From the NCBI GenBank assembly GCA_973895155.1, contig OZ316891.1, forward strand, positions 26,281,972-26,345,971: a stretch of 64,000 nucleotides of DNA. Reading direction: 5' to 3'. Made by a program: the position numbers and the translations under genes. Below, in pieces: positions 12,571 to 24,800 of this stretch. Source of the DNA: Marsupella aquatica. Taxonomy: Eukaryota > Plantae > Marchantiophyta. The notes beneath the pieces are model-generated. The model worked only from the letters and a program-made list of their open reading frames with translations, made no database searches and had not been told where the DNA came from. Position 1 is the first letter of the stretch. Each line of letters begins with the position of its first letter.

Positions 12571-15323
12571 AAGAAATATACACACTTTTTATATACAGAG
12601 AAGAAGAAATATACACATTTTTTATATACAAAGGGACCAAACAGAGTACAAATGAACAAACAAAAGAGGGCCCAAGTGGACAAAACCAATCGAAAAAGAA
12701 GTGAGCAAAAGGGAACCACTAAACACCAAGAAAGAGGAACTAAAAGTAAGAAATGAACAATAGGGAACCCCTAAAAACCAAGAAAGAGAGAGAGACTAAA
12801 ACTAACCCAAGCGGACCGAGGTCCTCATCATTCCTACCGATTGTGGCAAAAAGCTAATGGTCCACATCAAGAGTCAAAACTAGATCGGCAAGTGGGATTG
12901 GAACATCCTCAAGGGGAGCTAGCCGCTGCGGAGGCACACTAGCACCCACTGTAAGAGATCGACGATAGATGGCCCGAGCTTGAGCACGCTGTAAGGTGAC
13001 TGAAATGCGTTGGTGAAAGTGCGTGGTCAAAATAGAAAGCGGGGGTCCGGTGGGACCCATTCGGCCATGAACATCCCGGGCAGCTTGCCGAAGAAGCCCA
13101 TCAAACTGAGGATGAAGACGCCCAAATAGCTCCACAGCAAGGGGGAGGAAGCTGTCGGATGAAGCTCGTGCAACATATTTGGCCTCCTTCGTTGTTGCCG
13201 CACGTGACGCTGCTGCCCCTGCCGTAGTTGCCGCTGTCCCAATGATGTCTTGGCGCAATGGGTTTGCCACCACAACATCTGCCAAAGTACGTTGACCCTC
13301 ACGGACCATGGTAAGATCCACCCGTAACCGCTGTGATGGAGGACCAGGTAACTCGAGTACCACCTCCCGCCGCACGCATACCAAAGAGCCAGAGAGAACC
13401 TGAGCAGTCGCATCTTGCACAGCGTCGTGAACAACAATGGTTTCACCTCCCAAACTGCACCGAAGAAGATGGACACCTGTGGCATCACAAGGCTTCCCAC
13501 AAGTGCAAGAAGGAGGTAAACCTGCAAGAAGTGGGTGGGGCAGCCCCAGACGAAGACGCATGGCTGTGGAGAACTCCGTTGAAGACATCCGCAAATGAGG
13601 AATGACTGGATTGGCCTGAAGCCATCCACCTGCGCCCTTCCCTCCAGAAGAAAGAATCCGAGCTCGGTCCGTGTCAGGTGCCTCGGAGAGGATCCTGGAA
13701 AGGGTGAAAGTGTGCATACGCCCAGCGAGGTCTGCCTGAAGACGAACGGGATCCAAGGATAAAAACTCCTGGAAAGAAGGTAACGCGGCGCGAACGGAAT
13801 CTGGTAATGAGGACCGCGCTGCGCGCAAATGAACCTGAAACGGGAGGGAACCCTCCTCTACCTCCATGAGAGATGAAAGTAAAAAAGGGCGATCCTCAAT
13901 AAGAAAACGATCGGCCAACAACGAGAAGGCGGCCGCCCATGCACCCAAAAAGGCCAAAGGTGCAAGGCTCTCAATGGAAGTAAGCCCAAAACCACCCTGC
14001 GAGATAGGAAGACTGACTTGTCGATGAAGCCACGGAGATGAGAGCAACGTACCTGGACCTAAAAGAGAGGCCAGGGTCTGACGAATGGAGACATCAAATG
14101 CTCGAAGGTGGAGACAAAGATCCTCGGTAGGGGGATGCGTCCTAGCCAGATAAGACGCACGAGGGTGGATGCACCTCAACAACATCCCAAATGCTGCCTG
14201 AGAATCTGCTAACTTAGGGAGCATAGGAGTATGGGCTAAGGCGGCCTGTATAGAGTCAGCGATGAAAGATGAGCAAAAGGAGGCGGTACCGACTGGGGAG
14301 CCAAGGACCCGAAGACCATCGGCTGGACGTAAGAACCCTGGGGGAAGCACAAGATCAGAGGGTAACCCAGCTGGACTCCATGCACGACTCTTCACAGGCT
14401 TAACTCGTAAACCGAGGCCCATCAAATGGGTGGAAAGAGTGGCGAGGGCAGAAGTAACCGCGGCAGGAGGACCAATGATGTGGGTGTCATCTGAAAGGGA
14501 GGGGAAGATACACTGGGGGTGGGCCATGGTAGCTTCCCGTAAAGCTGTAAAATGGGCAATGGCAAAAAGAGGCCCACCCAAAGGGTCACCCTGACGTGTA
14601 CCTTCTGCAGAGGAAAGAGTGGTATACACACCTGTAAAGGAGTGATGACTATAGAAGAGTGGGGCCTCGAGTCCATAAAAACAACGGACAAAGGGGATCA
14701 GGGACTGGATGTCTGGATCCGCCGCCCTCAAAGCACGAAAAATGGCTGCCCGAGAAACCGTATTAAAAGCGTTAGAGACATCAACCTGGAGGACAACCCA
14801 ATCAGGGTGGAGGTCCAATGTAGCTCGAATACCCGCAATAACCGTCTCACAACCGCCAGGAACGCCAACTGCAAACTGATGTGGAGAGAGATGATCCGAT
14901 AGTGCAGAGCGAAACTGTGAGGAAAGTGTGCGAGACACAAGACGAAGAAAAACCTCCCCAATAGCAATTGGCCGAACACCCGGTGAAGACTTAGCCATGG
15001 CCAATAAACGAGAAGCACTCAAGAGCCGAGAGACGGGAGGAGGCAAACGACCGGCTGCAATACACAGGCAAAAGGAGAAGAAAACTGGAAAACCAAACTG
15101 AGGATCCTCAGGGGGGAATAAATCACGAAAATGCTCAAAGACATAGCCGGAGGGGCCACCAGCAGAACAACGCGGGGCATGGAGGAAGGCATAGGTGAAG
15201 TGGTCCCTACTAAACTGAAGATCCTCCTCAGGCTCAAAATCCTCGACAAACAAAGGGAGCTGATCATGGGGCTGCGGATGGAGATCCTGAAGGGCCAACG
15301 AGGTGACCTCGCCAGGGGGGGCT
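12571..15323 (-). mobile_element. CRE-clade-like non-LTR retrotransposon, copy 1 (5'-truncated)
   Basis: Near-identical to 18109-20820, including a ~250-bp 3' UTR. Similarity ends at GGGGGGGCT (15323). Confidence 0.85.
12854..15298 (-). CDS. RT + CCHC zinc knuckle + restriction-like endonuclease (RLE) ORF, N-terminally truncated but uninterrupted
   Basis: RT motifs GVRPIAIGEVFLRL, QFAVG..GGCE, DVSNAFN, GTRQGDPLG, LSDD, RVLGSPVG and LPISQGGFGL. C-terminal CTC..CD...HLLRC, HDAVQD, RVD, DVVV, KEAKY and PLAVELFG are typical of RLE-type elements. Confidence 0.85.
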   Translation of the reverse strand: MALQDLHPQPHDQLPLFVEDFEPEEDLQFSRDHFTYAFLHAPRCSAGGPSGYVFEHFRDLFPPEDPQFGFPVFFSFCLCIAAGRLPPPVSRLLSASRLLAMAKSSPGVRPIAIGEVFLRLVSRTLSSQFRSALSDHLSPHQFAVGVPGGCETVIAGIRATLDLHPDWVVLQVDVSNAFNTVSRAAIFRALRAADPDIQSLIPFVRCFYGLEAPLFYSHHSFTGVYTTLSSAEGTRQGDPLGGPLFAIAHFTALREATMAHPQCIFPSLSDDTHIIGPPAAVTSALATLSTHLMGLGLRVKPVKSRAWSPAGLPSDLVLPPGFLRPADGLRVLGSPVGTASFCSSFIADSIQAALAHTPMLPKLADSQAAFGMLLRCIHPRASYLARTHPPTEDLCLHLRAFDVSIRQTLASLLGPGTLLSSPWLHRQVSLPISQGGFGLTSIESLAPLAFLGAWAAAFSLLADRFLIEDRPFLLSSLMEVEEGSLPFQVHLRAARSSLPDSVRAALPSFQEFLSLDPVRLQADLAGRMHTFTLSRILSEAPDTDRARILSSGGKGAGGWLQANPVIPHLRMSSTEFSTAMRLRLGLPHPLLAGLPPSCTCGKPCDATGVHLLRCSLGGETIVVHDAVQDATAQVLSGSLVCVRREVVLELPGPPSQRLRVDLTMVREGQRTLADVVVANPLRQDIIGTAATTAGAAASRAATTKEAKYVARASSDSFLPLAVELFGRLHPQFDGLLRQAARDVHGRMGPTGPPLSILTTHFHQRISVTLQRAQARAIYRRSLTVGASVPPQRLAPLEDVPIPLADLVLTLDVDH

Positions 15324-16456
15324 AGTATTATAGTTGTAGATAGAGAGAGAGTTTTTACTAGCCTCTACACAAGTGGCCAGAGCTTTTCCACTTTTACATA
15401 ACCCTTTAGTAAAGCTTTTTTTCTAGTAAACTTTACACAAATGACCATAGCTTTTTCACAAGGTTATGTAAACGTTTTTCTATTTTTTGAGACTAGCCTC
15501 TACATAAATGGCCAAAGCTTTTTCATAAGGTTATGTAAATTTTGTATTTGTTTTTCTACTAGTCTCTAGAGTGACTTATTCTCATGGCATATGACCAATC
15601 TTATGGCAAAAAGTCATAACTTTCCATGTCTGTAACCTTAACTACTAAACCAAGGTCCATAAAAGTTTGACATGTGAGACCCCCTAATGAACTTGAAAAA
15701 CAAATGCTGAGGCTATCGGTGCAAAGCAGAAAAGGTTCCACTAGTCTTCAATATTCACCAGTTTTTCCAGCCACGCACCTGTTACAAGCCATTGGTGTTC
15801 AAGAATATTATTGACTCCAGGCTACCATAAGTAGTCAATAATATTCTTAGCAAAGTAAAAAAAGTTACAAAAAAATGATTAGTTTGTCCTCCCACACCTT
15901 CATGGACAGTGGCACTTGTGGTCAAGCTGTATTAATTTTATATTCACATGTCAGACCCTCCAGCCCTTAATCAAGTCTGCATCCTAATTCTATCTAGACT
16001 GGCACTTTGAGATCTAAACTGCCACTCCAAGTGCGGGATGACAAAATAGTCATTATCCTCTCACTTTTTATAATTTCATAAGAAATTGTGTAACTAATCA
16101 TGTGGTGAGTTCCCAGGTAGCTTGGTATCACCAGGTTCTGAAGAGTTTCGGGTGGTTTAAGCTTCAGCTTGCATTCAGTTTGGCCTGTGAACTATTCTGC
16201 CATATAAAAGTGCCAATGGCTTGGAGTTAAGCCCAGAGCTAAATAGCCATTGTCACTAGCTACAGTTACAGAAAGGCCTAATGATTAATACAAAGGAAAT
16301 GTACTGTGATAGTCCTGTAGATCATTAAATTGGTGAAATACATACTTGATTGAGAGAAGCACTTGCGAGATCTATGTAATGGTTCTCCTTAAACCTTGAA
16401 GGTGCTATATGGTGAATCCAACTCTCATGTTTTATCTTATTCATATTTGTGTATCA

Positions 16457-16745
16457 TGAATTTTTATTTGAATGTACCTTAACAAGGGGCATCCTTTGTA
16501 TCACATAGACTTTTAATTCATTTTTGGACCCCTTTAAATTTTTGGTATTCTATAGTGTTTTGAATTTATTTTGGCAGCCCCCTTAATTTGTATAATTTGT
16601 ATGAATTTTTATTTGAATGTACCTTAACAAGGGGCATCCTTTGTATCACATAGACTTTTAATTCATTTTTGGACCCCTTTAAATTTTGGATATTCTATAG
16701 TGTTTTGAATTTATTTTGGCAGCCCCCTTAATTTGTATAATTTGT
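16457..16745. repeat. Direct tandem duplication, 2 x ~144 bp
   Basis: ATGAATTTTTATTTGAATGTACC...TATAATTTGT occurs at 16457 and 16601. Confidence 0.85.
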
Positions 16746-16929
16746 AAACTTTGTTAAGTCCTAGAGAGAAACTAAGGGTTTCATTTTCTACCGCTTTTAA
16801 GTATACTCATGAGTGAGAGGAATGATTCTAAGAAATGTCCAGCACATCCTGTCTTAAGCTCCCCTTGTGGCTTTTTTTCCTAAGTTTATGGTTTTTATTG
16901 AATAAGAGTCATTAATAAGACACTGAAAT

Positions 16930-17250
16930 ACGTGCACAACTGGTAGGATCTTTGAGTAATAGAATTATACTTTCCATTGGTCACTATGTGCTTTTATTGC
17001 ATGTGCTTTATTTATATTATTTGATTTCATTGTGCACAACTCGTAGCAACTTTGTGTAATAAAATTGTACTTTCCATTGGTCACTATGTGCTTTTATTGC
17101 ATGTGCTTTATTTATATTATTTGATTTATTTATATTATTTGATTTCATTGTGCACAACTCGTAGCAACTTTGTGTAATAAAATTGTACTTTCCATTGGTC
17201 ACTATGTGCTTTTATTGCATGTATTTTATTTATATTATTTGATTTCATTC
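16930..17250. repeat. AT-rich tandem repeat, ~3 x 100-120 bp
   Basis: TACTTTCCATTGGTCACTATGTGCTTTTATTGCATGT recurs at ~16968, 17068 and 17186. Confidence 0.85.
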
Positions 17251-18108
17251 ACATTTAATATGTATTCTAGTCTTACTCTTTAATTTTGTCCACTTAATAT
17301 CACTACAAGACAAAAAGTAAAACATGTTCCGGGATGAACATGCTATATTGATTCAGAGAAGCACTTGCGAGATCTATGTAATGGTTCTCCTTAAACCTAG
17401 AGATATTTAACAACAAATATTTATGATTCAATTCTTGTATGTCAATAATTACCTCCCAGGGAAAGGGAGCAACTACCTGACCTTTTCCCCAGAAAAGAAG
17501 GCTGACAATCATTAATATGATAGCAAACCACAGTCGAAGTAAAATTGATCAACTTACACTGCTCCCCTTTACTGAGACTCTTGCCTTGGAATCTTGTCTC
17601 CTGGTTGACCTCTTTTCGTTCTTTGGCAAATGTGATATAATTATATTGCTTGCATGGGCACCTGGTTGCGTACACTGCAAGGCACTTGGCAGACCAGTGA
17701 AACAAGGTGACATGACTCTGGAAATAACTCAAGTAAGAAAAGCCTAATCTTCTGGAAGGGTACTCGAGCATAAAAGTCTAGCTTGACAAGTCAACACTAT
17801 TATATTAACGTTATAGTTGTTATATACTATGCACCAGGTACAAAGTCTTACAAAGGCAGTGTCTGGATAGCACGTATCAAATAGTTATGGGGAGATAGTT
17901 ACTTGTTTCTGTCCTTTCCTTCTTATTGAATATTATTCAAAACCTTATCTCAAAACCTTGGTGGCAAGTGATGGCTCTGACGAAAAGGAAAACAAAACCA
18001 CTTGGAGGCTCTCCCTATGATCAGGAAATTGGACATTCAAATATTGTCCCCATATACAGCCCGCTCATTGCAATTGGATTGCTTTCATTTTCAGATTGCT
18101 ACGAAGGG

Positions 18109-21100
18109 AATATACACACTTTTTATATACAAAGGGACCAATCAGAGTACAAATGAACAAACAAAAGAGGGCCCAAGTGGACAAAACCAATCGAAAAAGA
18201 AGTGAGCAAAAGGGAACCACTAAACACCAAGAAAGAGGAACTAAAAGTAAGAAATGAGCAATAGGGAACCCCTAAAAACCAAGAAAGAGAGACTAAAACT
18301 AACCCAAACGGACCGAGGTCCTCATCATTCCTAGCGAATGTGGCAAAAAGCTACTGGTCCACATCAAGGGTCAAAGCTAGATCGGCAAGTGGGATTGGAA
18401 CATCCTCTAGGGGAGCTAGCCGCTGCGGAGGCACACTAGCACCCACTGTAAGAGATCGACGATAGATGGCCCAAGCTTGAGCACACTGCAAGGTGACTGA
18501 AATGCGTTGGCAAAAGTGTGTGGTCAAAATAGAAAGCGGGGGTCCGGTGGGACCCATGCGGCCATGAACATCCGGGGCAGCTTGCCGAAGAAGCCCATCA
18601 AACTGAGGATGAAGATGCCCAAATAGCTCCAGAGCAAGGGGGAGGAAGCTGTCGGATGAAGCTCGTGCAACATATTTGGCCTCCTTCGTTGTTGCCGCAC
18701 GTGACGCTGCTGCCCCTGCCGTAGTTGCCGCTGTCCCAATGATGTCTTGGTGCAATGGGTTTGCCACCACTACATTTGCCAATGTACGTTGACCCTCATG
18801 GACCATGGTAAGATCCACTCGTAACCGTTGTGATGGAGGACCAGGTAACTCGAGTACCACCTCCCGCCGCACGCATACCAAAGAGCCAGAGAGAACCTGA
18901 GCAGTCGCATCTTGCACAGCGTCGTGAACAATAATGGTTTCACCTCCCAAACTGCACCGAAGAAGATGGACACCTGTGGCATCACAAGGCTTCCCACAAG
19001 TGCAAGAAGGGGGTAAACCTGCAAGAAGTGGGTGGGGCAGCCCCATACGAAGACGCATGGCTGTGGAGAACTCCGTTGAAGACATCCGCAAATGAGGAAT
19101 GACTGGATTGGCCTGAAGCCATCCACCTGCGCCCTTCCCTCCGGAAGAAAGAATCCGAGCTCGGTCCGTGTCAGGTGCCTCGGAGAGGATGCTGGAAAGG
19201 GTGAAAGTGTGCATACGCCCAGCGAGGTCTGCCTGAAGACGAACGGGATCCAAGGATAAAAACTCCTGAAAAGAAGGTAACGCGGCGCGAACGGGATCTG
19301 GTAATGAGGACCGCGCTGCGCGCAAATGAACCTGAAACGGGAGGGAACCCTCCTCTACCTCCATGAGAGATGAAAGTAAAAAAGGGCGATCCTCAATAAG
19401 AAAATGATCGGCCAACAATGAGAAGGCGGCCGCCCACGCACCCAAAAAGGCCAAAGGTGCAAGGCTCTCAATGGAAGTAAGCCCAAAACCACCCTGCAAA
19501 ATAGGAAGACTGAGTTGGCGATGAAGCCACGGAGATGAGAGCAACGTACCCGGCCCCAAAAGAGAGGCCAGGGTCTGACGAATGGAGACATCAAATGCTC
19601 GAAGGTGGAGACAAAGATCCTCGGTAGGGGGATGCGTCCTAGCCAGATAAGACGCACGAGGGTGGATGCACCTCAACAACATCCCAAATGCTGCCTGAGA
19701 ATCTGCTAACTTAGGGAGCATAGGAGTAGAGGCTAAGGCAGCCTGTAGAGAGTCAACGATGAAAGAGGAGCAAAAGGAGGCGGTACCGACTGGGGAGCCA
19801 AGGACCCGAAGACCATCGGCTGGACGTAAGAACCCTGGGGGAAGCGCAAGATCAGAGGGTAACCTAGCTGGACTCCACGCATGACTCTTCACAGTCTTAA
19901 CTCGTAAACCGAGGCCCATCAAATGGGTGGAAAGAGTGGCGAGGGCAGAAGTAACCGCGGCATGAGGACCAATGATGTGGGTGTCATCTGAAAGGGAGGG
20001 GAAGATACACTGGGGGTGGGCCATGGTAGCTTCCCGTAAAGCTGTAAAATGGGCAATGGCAAAAAGAGGCCCACCCAAAGGGTCACCCTGACGAGTACCT
20101 TCTGCAGAGGAAAGAGTGGTATACACACCTGTAAAGGAGTGATGACTATAGAAGAGTGGGGCCTCGAGTCCATAAAAACAACGGACAAAGGGGATCAGGG
20201 ACTGGATGTCTGGATCCGCCGCCCTCAAAGCACGAAAAATGGCTGCCCAAGAAACCGTATTAAAAGCGTTAGAGACATCAACCTGGAGGACAACCCAATC
20301 AGGGTGGAGGTCCAAGGTAGCTCGAATACCCGCAATAACTGTCTCACAACCGCCAGGAACGCCAACTGCAAACTAATGTGGAGAGAGATGATCCGATAGT
20401 GCAGAGCGAAACTGCGAGGAAAGTGTGCGAGACACAAGCCGAAGAAAAACCTCCCCAATAGCAATTGGCCGAACGCCTGGTGAAGACTTAGTCATGGCCA
20501 ATAAACGAGAAGCACTCAAGAGCCGAGAGACGGGAGGAGGCAAACGACCGGCTGCAATACACTGGCAAAAGGAGAAGAAAACTGGAAAACCAAACTGAGG
20601 ATCCTCAGGGGGGAATAAATCCCGAAAATGCTCAAAGACATAGCCAGAGGGGCCACCAGCAGCGCAACGCGGGGCATGGAGGAAGGCATAGGTGAAGTGG
20701 TCCCTACTAAATTGAAGATCCTCCTCAGGCTCAAAATCCTCTACGAACAAAGGGAGCTGATCATGGGGCTACAGATGGAGATCTTGAAGGGCCGACGAGG
20801 TGACCTCGCCAGGGGGGGCTGGTGTGGTGGGAGAAAGGGCCTGGACAGCCCGACGATATTCACCAGCCTGGGCTAAACGACAAGAGCGACGAAGACGTCT
20901 ATGCTCAGGGGGATGAGAGTGGCGGGCTGGGTCAGACAAAGCACGGACGGTAAAAGACCTGGCGCGAAGAAAGTACTCTTCCTGAAGCTGCTCCCAATCT
21001 CCCCGCAAAAAACGATGGATATGAGAGGCAGTCTCACGGTGACCCACACGACCACCATGACTAGGGAGGGTAAGAGACCACTGTGGAAAAAGCATCAGTA

Positions 21101-21332
21101 AAGACCAGTAGGAGACCTCCATAGGATGCGCCAAGATAAGCTGCATGAGTTGCAACAAGGAGGACCGAACTAAAGGGCGCAGCGCCAGAGGAATGTGGTT
21201 ATAAAGGCGAGGTCTAATGTACCCTGGATGGTAGGCTGGAAGGGGGTCTAGAGTGCGAACCCAACTCCATGCCTGCTCGGGAGCCTCCAAGGAGGGAGGG
21301 GCAGAGCTAACCGGGTCAATAGGGGGCTGAGG
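18109..21332 (-). mobile_element. CRE-clade-like non-LTR retrotransposon, copy 2 (longer at the 5' end, disabled)
   Basis: Same 3' UTR and ORF as copy 1, plus ~500 bp more 5' coding sequence. Confidence 0.85.
18351..21290 (-). pseudogene. RT-RLE ORF of copy 2 with two in-frame nonsense codons
   Basis: ORFs 20769-21290, 20373-20750 and 18351-20315 share one frame. TAG codons at ~20769 and ~20373 replace CAG codons present in copy 1. Confidence 0.85.
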
Positions 21333-21622
21333 CTTTGCAAGTCTGCTTTGTTTTCGTAGTTGATAGACAAACTTAACTTAGGATGATAGCTGATTAAATA
21401 TGAGTTTTTCTCTGGATGACATTCTGGGCACTGAGTCCATCTTTAGCTTGAGAGTCTTTGTCAATCCTAGGTTTCTTGCGAATTTCCTGCTCTGGGCTCT
21501 TAGCTTGTTGATTTGATTTTTTAATGCTCCCTTGAGGTTGCAATGAATAGCAGAAAATTACGTGACTTCTTTTCCTGCGTTGACTGAATCAGTCTGCCTC
21601 CTTGCCGGCCATGGGTTCAGAG

Positions 21623-21897
21623 CAGTGTTTTTCTTAGTGGAAAAAATTCACTAGAATCCATCTCCCAAAAAATCTCTCGCCACTTTTGGCAAAAATTGGG
21701 TACTATTTTGCTGTCTCATTAGCCCCTGTTCCACATAATCCCAGGCCCCATTAGCCAGAATCTAAAGATCAGCCTTAAATCTAGGAAGATCTGACGGTCA
21801 GGAAAATAATTGAATAGGGAATCTTTTGAGTATCTTTTCCTTCACACATTTTACATTCACCACTCTGGCAAAAAAGTAATATCCTGAAAATACACTG
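21623..21897 (+). mobile_element. hAT-family MITE with 8-bp TSD
   Basis: Termini CAGTGTTTTT...AAAATACACTG, flanked by a perfect GTTCAGAG duplication (21615-21622 and 21898-21905). Confidence 0.85.
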
Positions 21898-24800
21898 GTT
21901 CAGAGTCTTGGAAGGTTGTCCTGTGCTCACTGGACAATCCAGGGTTAGATTCACTAAACTGAGTTGTAAGTGCTTGGTGTCTTTAAGAGCCAACTGCAGC
22001 CAAAAGGCTGTACAGAAAAAGCAATTGCAACAGGCAAGTCTCAGAAAATATTTACGCCATTGCATGTATCTGTTTGTGTTAAGATTTGTCTCGGAAAACA
22101 ATTCCTACATTGTTTGGGATTGGGGTAAAATGTAAGCTAAAATTTCTTAAACGGTTACAAAATTAACTCAAATGTAAGGATTCCTTTTTTCTGCTAAAGG
22201 AGTCTGAAATCATTTACATGGTAGTAGTTTAAATAAATATCTTATTGCAAGAGCACATTAAAGATCTTTATTTATGCCAAATAAAACTGGGAATAAAACA
22301 TAAGGACGGTTTGCCATAGCATTTATAGCAATGTCGGGAAAATTGGGATGCGTGTGCCTCCCTTGAGAAATTAAGAAAGACAACTTTAGTGCCCTTGTAC
22401 TAGCAAGGGGGAAGGGGGTGCAAAAGCCATGGACCCTTGCCAGTCCAAGCACTTGGCACTAATTAAAACACCTCGCAACACCTTTTAAAAACATCAAATA
22501 TTTCATCCTTCTCGTTCTTGCCTCCAAACCTTAGTTCAGTCAAAATCCTAATGGACATTATACCACAGCACGTGCAATTACCAACCCATTATCTTAATTT
22601 AATCTACGGAACAAGTATGCTTTTCTACGCCAAATTACAACCTACATTCCCACCTACATTTCTCTGCGAACTACTGTTAGTTGGTGAGCTTGGGGTCTTT
22701 GGGTCACTCCCGGCACTGCAGTGCTTGGTTGCAAGTATGTTCTTGCCCTTTGGGTGTCATTTCCTCAGTTTGTGCCCCACTGGTCCTCGCCACAACAATC
22801 ATTGTACTTCAATGGTGTCGTTTTTTGCCTTAAAAAGAAAAGAAAAAAGTTGTATTCCTCTGATCCCCATCATCTTTCCATTGTTCAAAATATCCACATG
22901 CCCAATTGATGTCAATGATGAGCCTTTCAACAACTTAGACTTTGAATTCCTTGATTGGGTAACTGGATGGATATCACAATTGAATAGGGCGCCTCAAATC
23001 TCCACTTTTGGGGGCTCCTTCTGATTACCTACAGTAGATACCTCCAATTGCCGCCCCATAATGAAAACCGGGTTTTAAAACCAGGTGTAGCAAAATGGGT
23101 GTCCAAATTTTACCTGGATCCCAAACTGAGTCCAGCTACTGTCATGCAGCTCAAGCTGTACATCAGGGACGCCCGTGCCACTAAAAAATCCGCTATAGAA
23201 CTTATGGCCGCCAAACTGGTGGGCTGACCATCTGATCCGGGCGGCCTGCACCAGGGAATGACCGGGTGTAAATCGGGAATGAAAACGTTCAGTTTTGAGA
23301 TGCCTAATGGATGAAGGAGCTCATAGAGTAGATCAATCATGTTTCTTGATGAAATGCTCACCAATGGGAGTTTTTGGACTGCATGGTAGCACGGTTCTTT
23401 CATACTTTATTTCCATTTTCATCATCACTCGATGGCTCATTTGGATTCGAGCTTGCCCAGACCGGAACCTCCAAAAAGCATTGTTGTCGTGGCAATAATT
23501 TGCTAGATTCCAACTCTCTGAAAAGTTTTCACCACTTTTTACAAAAATTAAGCTCCAAGATGACGGGAATGAGGAGTGATGAGTAAGGTATGCAAAAAGC
23601 CTTGGTTTGTTTCAATGGCATAAAATTGCTAGATTCCAACACACTGAAAAGTTCACCGCTTTTGCCAAAAATTAGCTAGGTTTTGTCTTCCAGATTCTCA
23701 CATAACAACAAAACGTTGTTTAGATTCCAGGTAAATCGACAGTCTTCTAATAAGCTACTGTAGGTTTTTTGTCTTCCAGTTTCTTGCCTAGTCGGAGACC
23801 ACTAGCCAGAATGTGACTGTAATTGTTAAACTTAGGGAAATTTGAAAGTAAATTATATATATACTCCTATGACACACACACTATATTTATCTTTTTAGGT
23901 TTTTCCTTTTTGCCATTTTGGCAAATGTCACCTTGTGTTAAATTAAAAATGCTAAGAATTGACCACCAGATCTCCCTATTATCTAAGTGTTTGATTCTGG
24001 CTAGAGAAATATGTGGTTCGGTCAAAAACTGACTAATGGGGTCTGTTTCTAGGTGGATAACTTCATAATGGAAACACAAGACCTACCAAAAAAATTTGCC
24101 CAAAGTGGCAGGCTTCTTGGAAGAAAATTGAATCCTGGATGGACCTCCAAGTTTGCCAAAAGAGTTGCATAGATTTTTGGAACCTGGATAGACTGCAACA
24201 AAACTCTATTTTTGCTCATACAGAGTACATAGATGAGAGAAATGTACCAAGAATGAGATAGTCATCTTTGATAATTTAGAAGTATCTCAACTCTCAATTA
24301 CATTTGAAGATATTAGGAACGATCTTTCCAAACAGATTCTAAGAAGTCCAAAGATACAAGATTCCATTGAATATTTAGGGAGATACCAATTGTCAAATTT
24401 AGTTGCTAAAACACTTTTGACAGAGTTAAATTTGGAAGTGACTGTTGGAGTGCTCTTACAAATGACTAAATCTCTCAATTCTTCCATACTATTTAGTGAT
24501 TAGTTTCCTAAATTGACTCTCCCAGATGTGACTGCTGTACATAGATCTAAGAGTCATGATGTAACCATACAAACTTTTGTAATGCGGCTTCTTCTCAACT
24601 TGCCATCAGCGTCACCTGTTTAAAACACAAGAAGGCATGAGTGTCACCTTCTTTCTTAGACAATTTGCACTGGTTGGCTATACAAGGCAGCGGGCAGCAA
24701 ATATGGAGGGTTCCTTAAAGACCCCGGCCCTGGCTGAATTTGTACCCTTTGCGTCATTCCTACCCTCCACTAGCAGCCACAATTCTGCCCGCCATTCGAC

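Larger units (their letters stand above)
11826..15345 (-). mobile_element. Possible non-autonomous Helitron containing the CRE-like fragment
   Basis: The minus strand begins TCTATCTACAACTATAATA (~15343) and ends ...TTTTGTGCAACGCATAGGCATTGGGCTAG (11826), i.e. a degenerate hairpin plus CTAG beside a (TA)n tract. The flanks are not a clean A|T. Confidence 0.45.

Noticed and set aside
13027-20876. Overlapping alternative-frame and antisense ORFs in the CRE copies
   Set aside because: They are shadow ORFs of the GC-rich RT frame and carry no motifs.
23032-23760. TA-flanked CAGTAG...CTACTG Tc1/mariner-like MITE
   Set aside because: The inverted match is only 6 bp.
24290-24560. L1 RT remnant (EYLG motif)
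   Set aside because: A single short motif amid stops and frameshifts.
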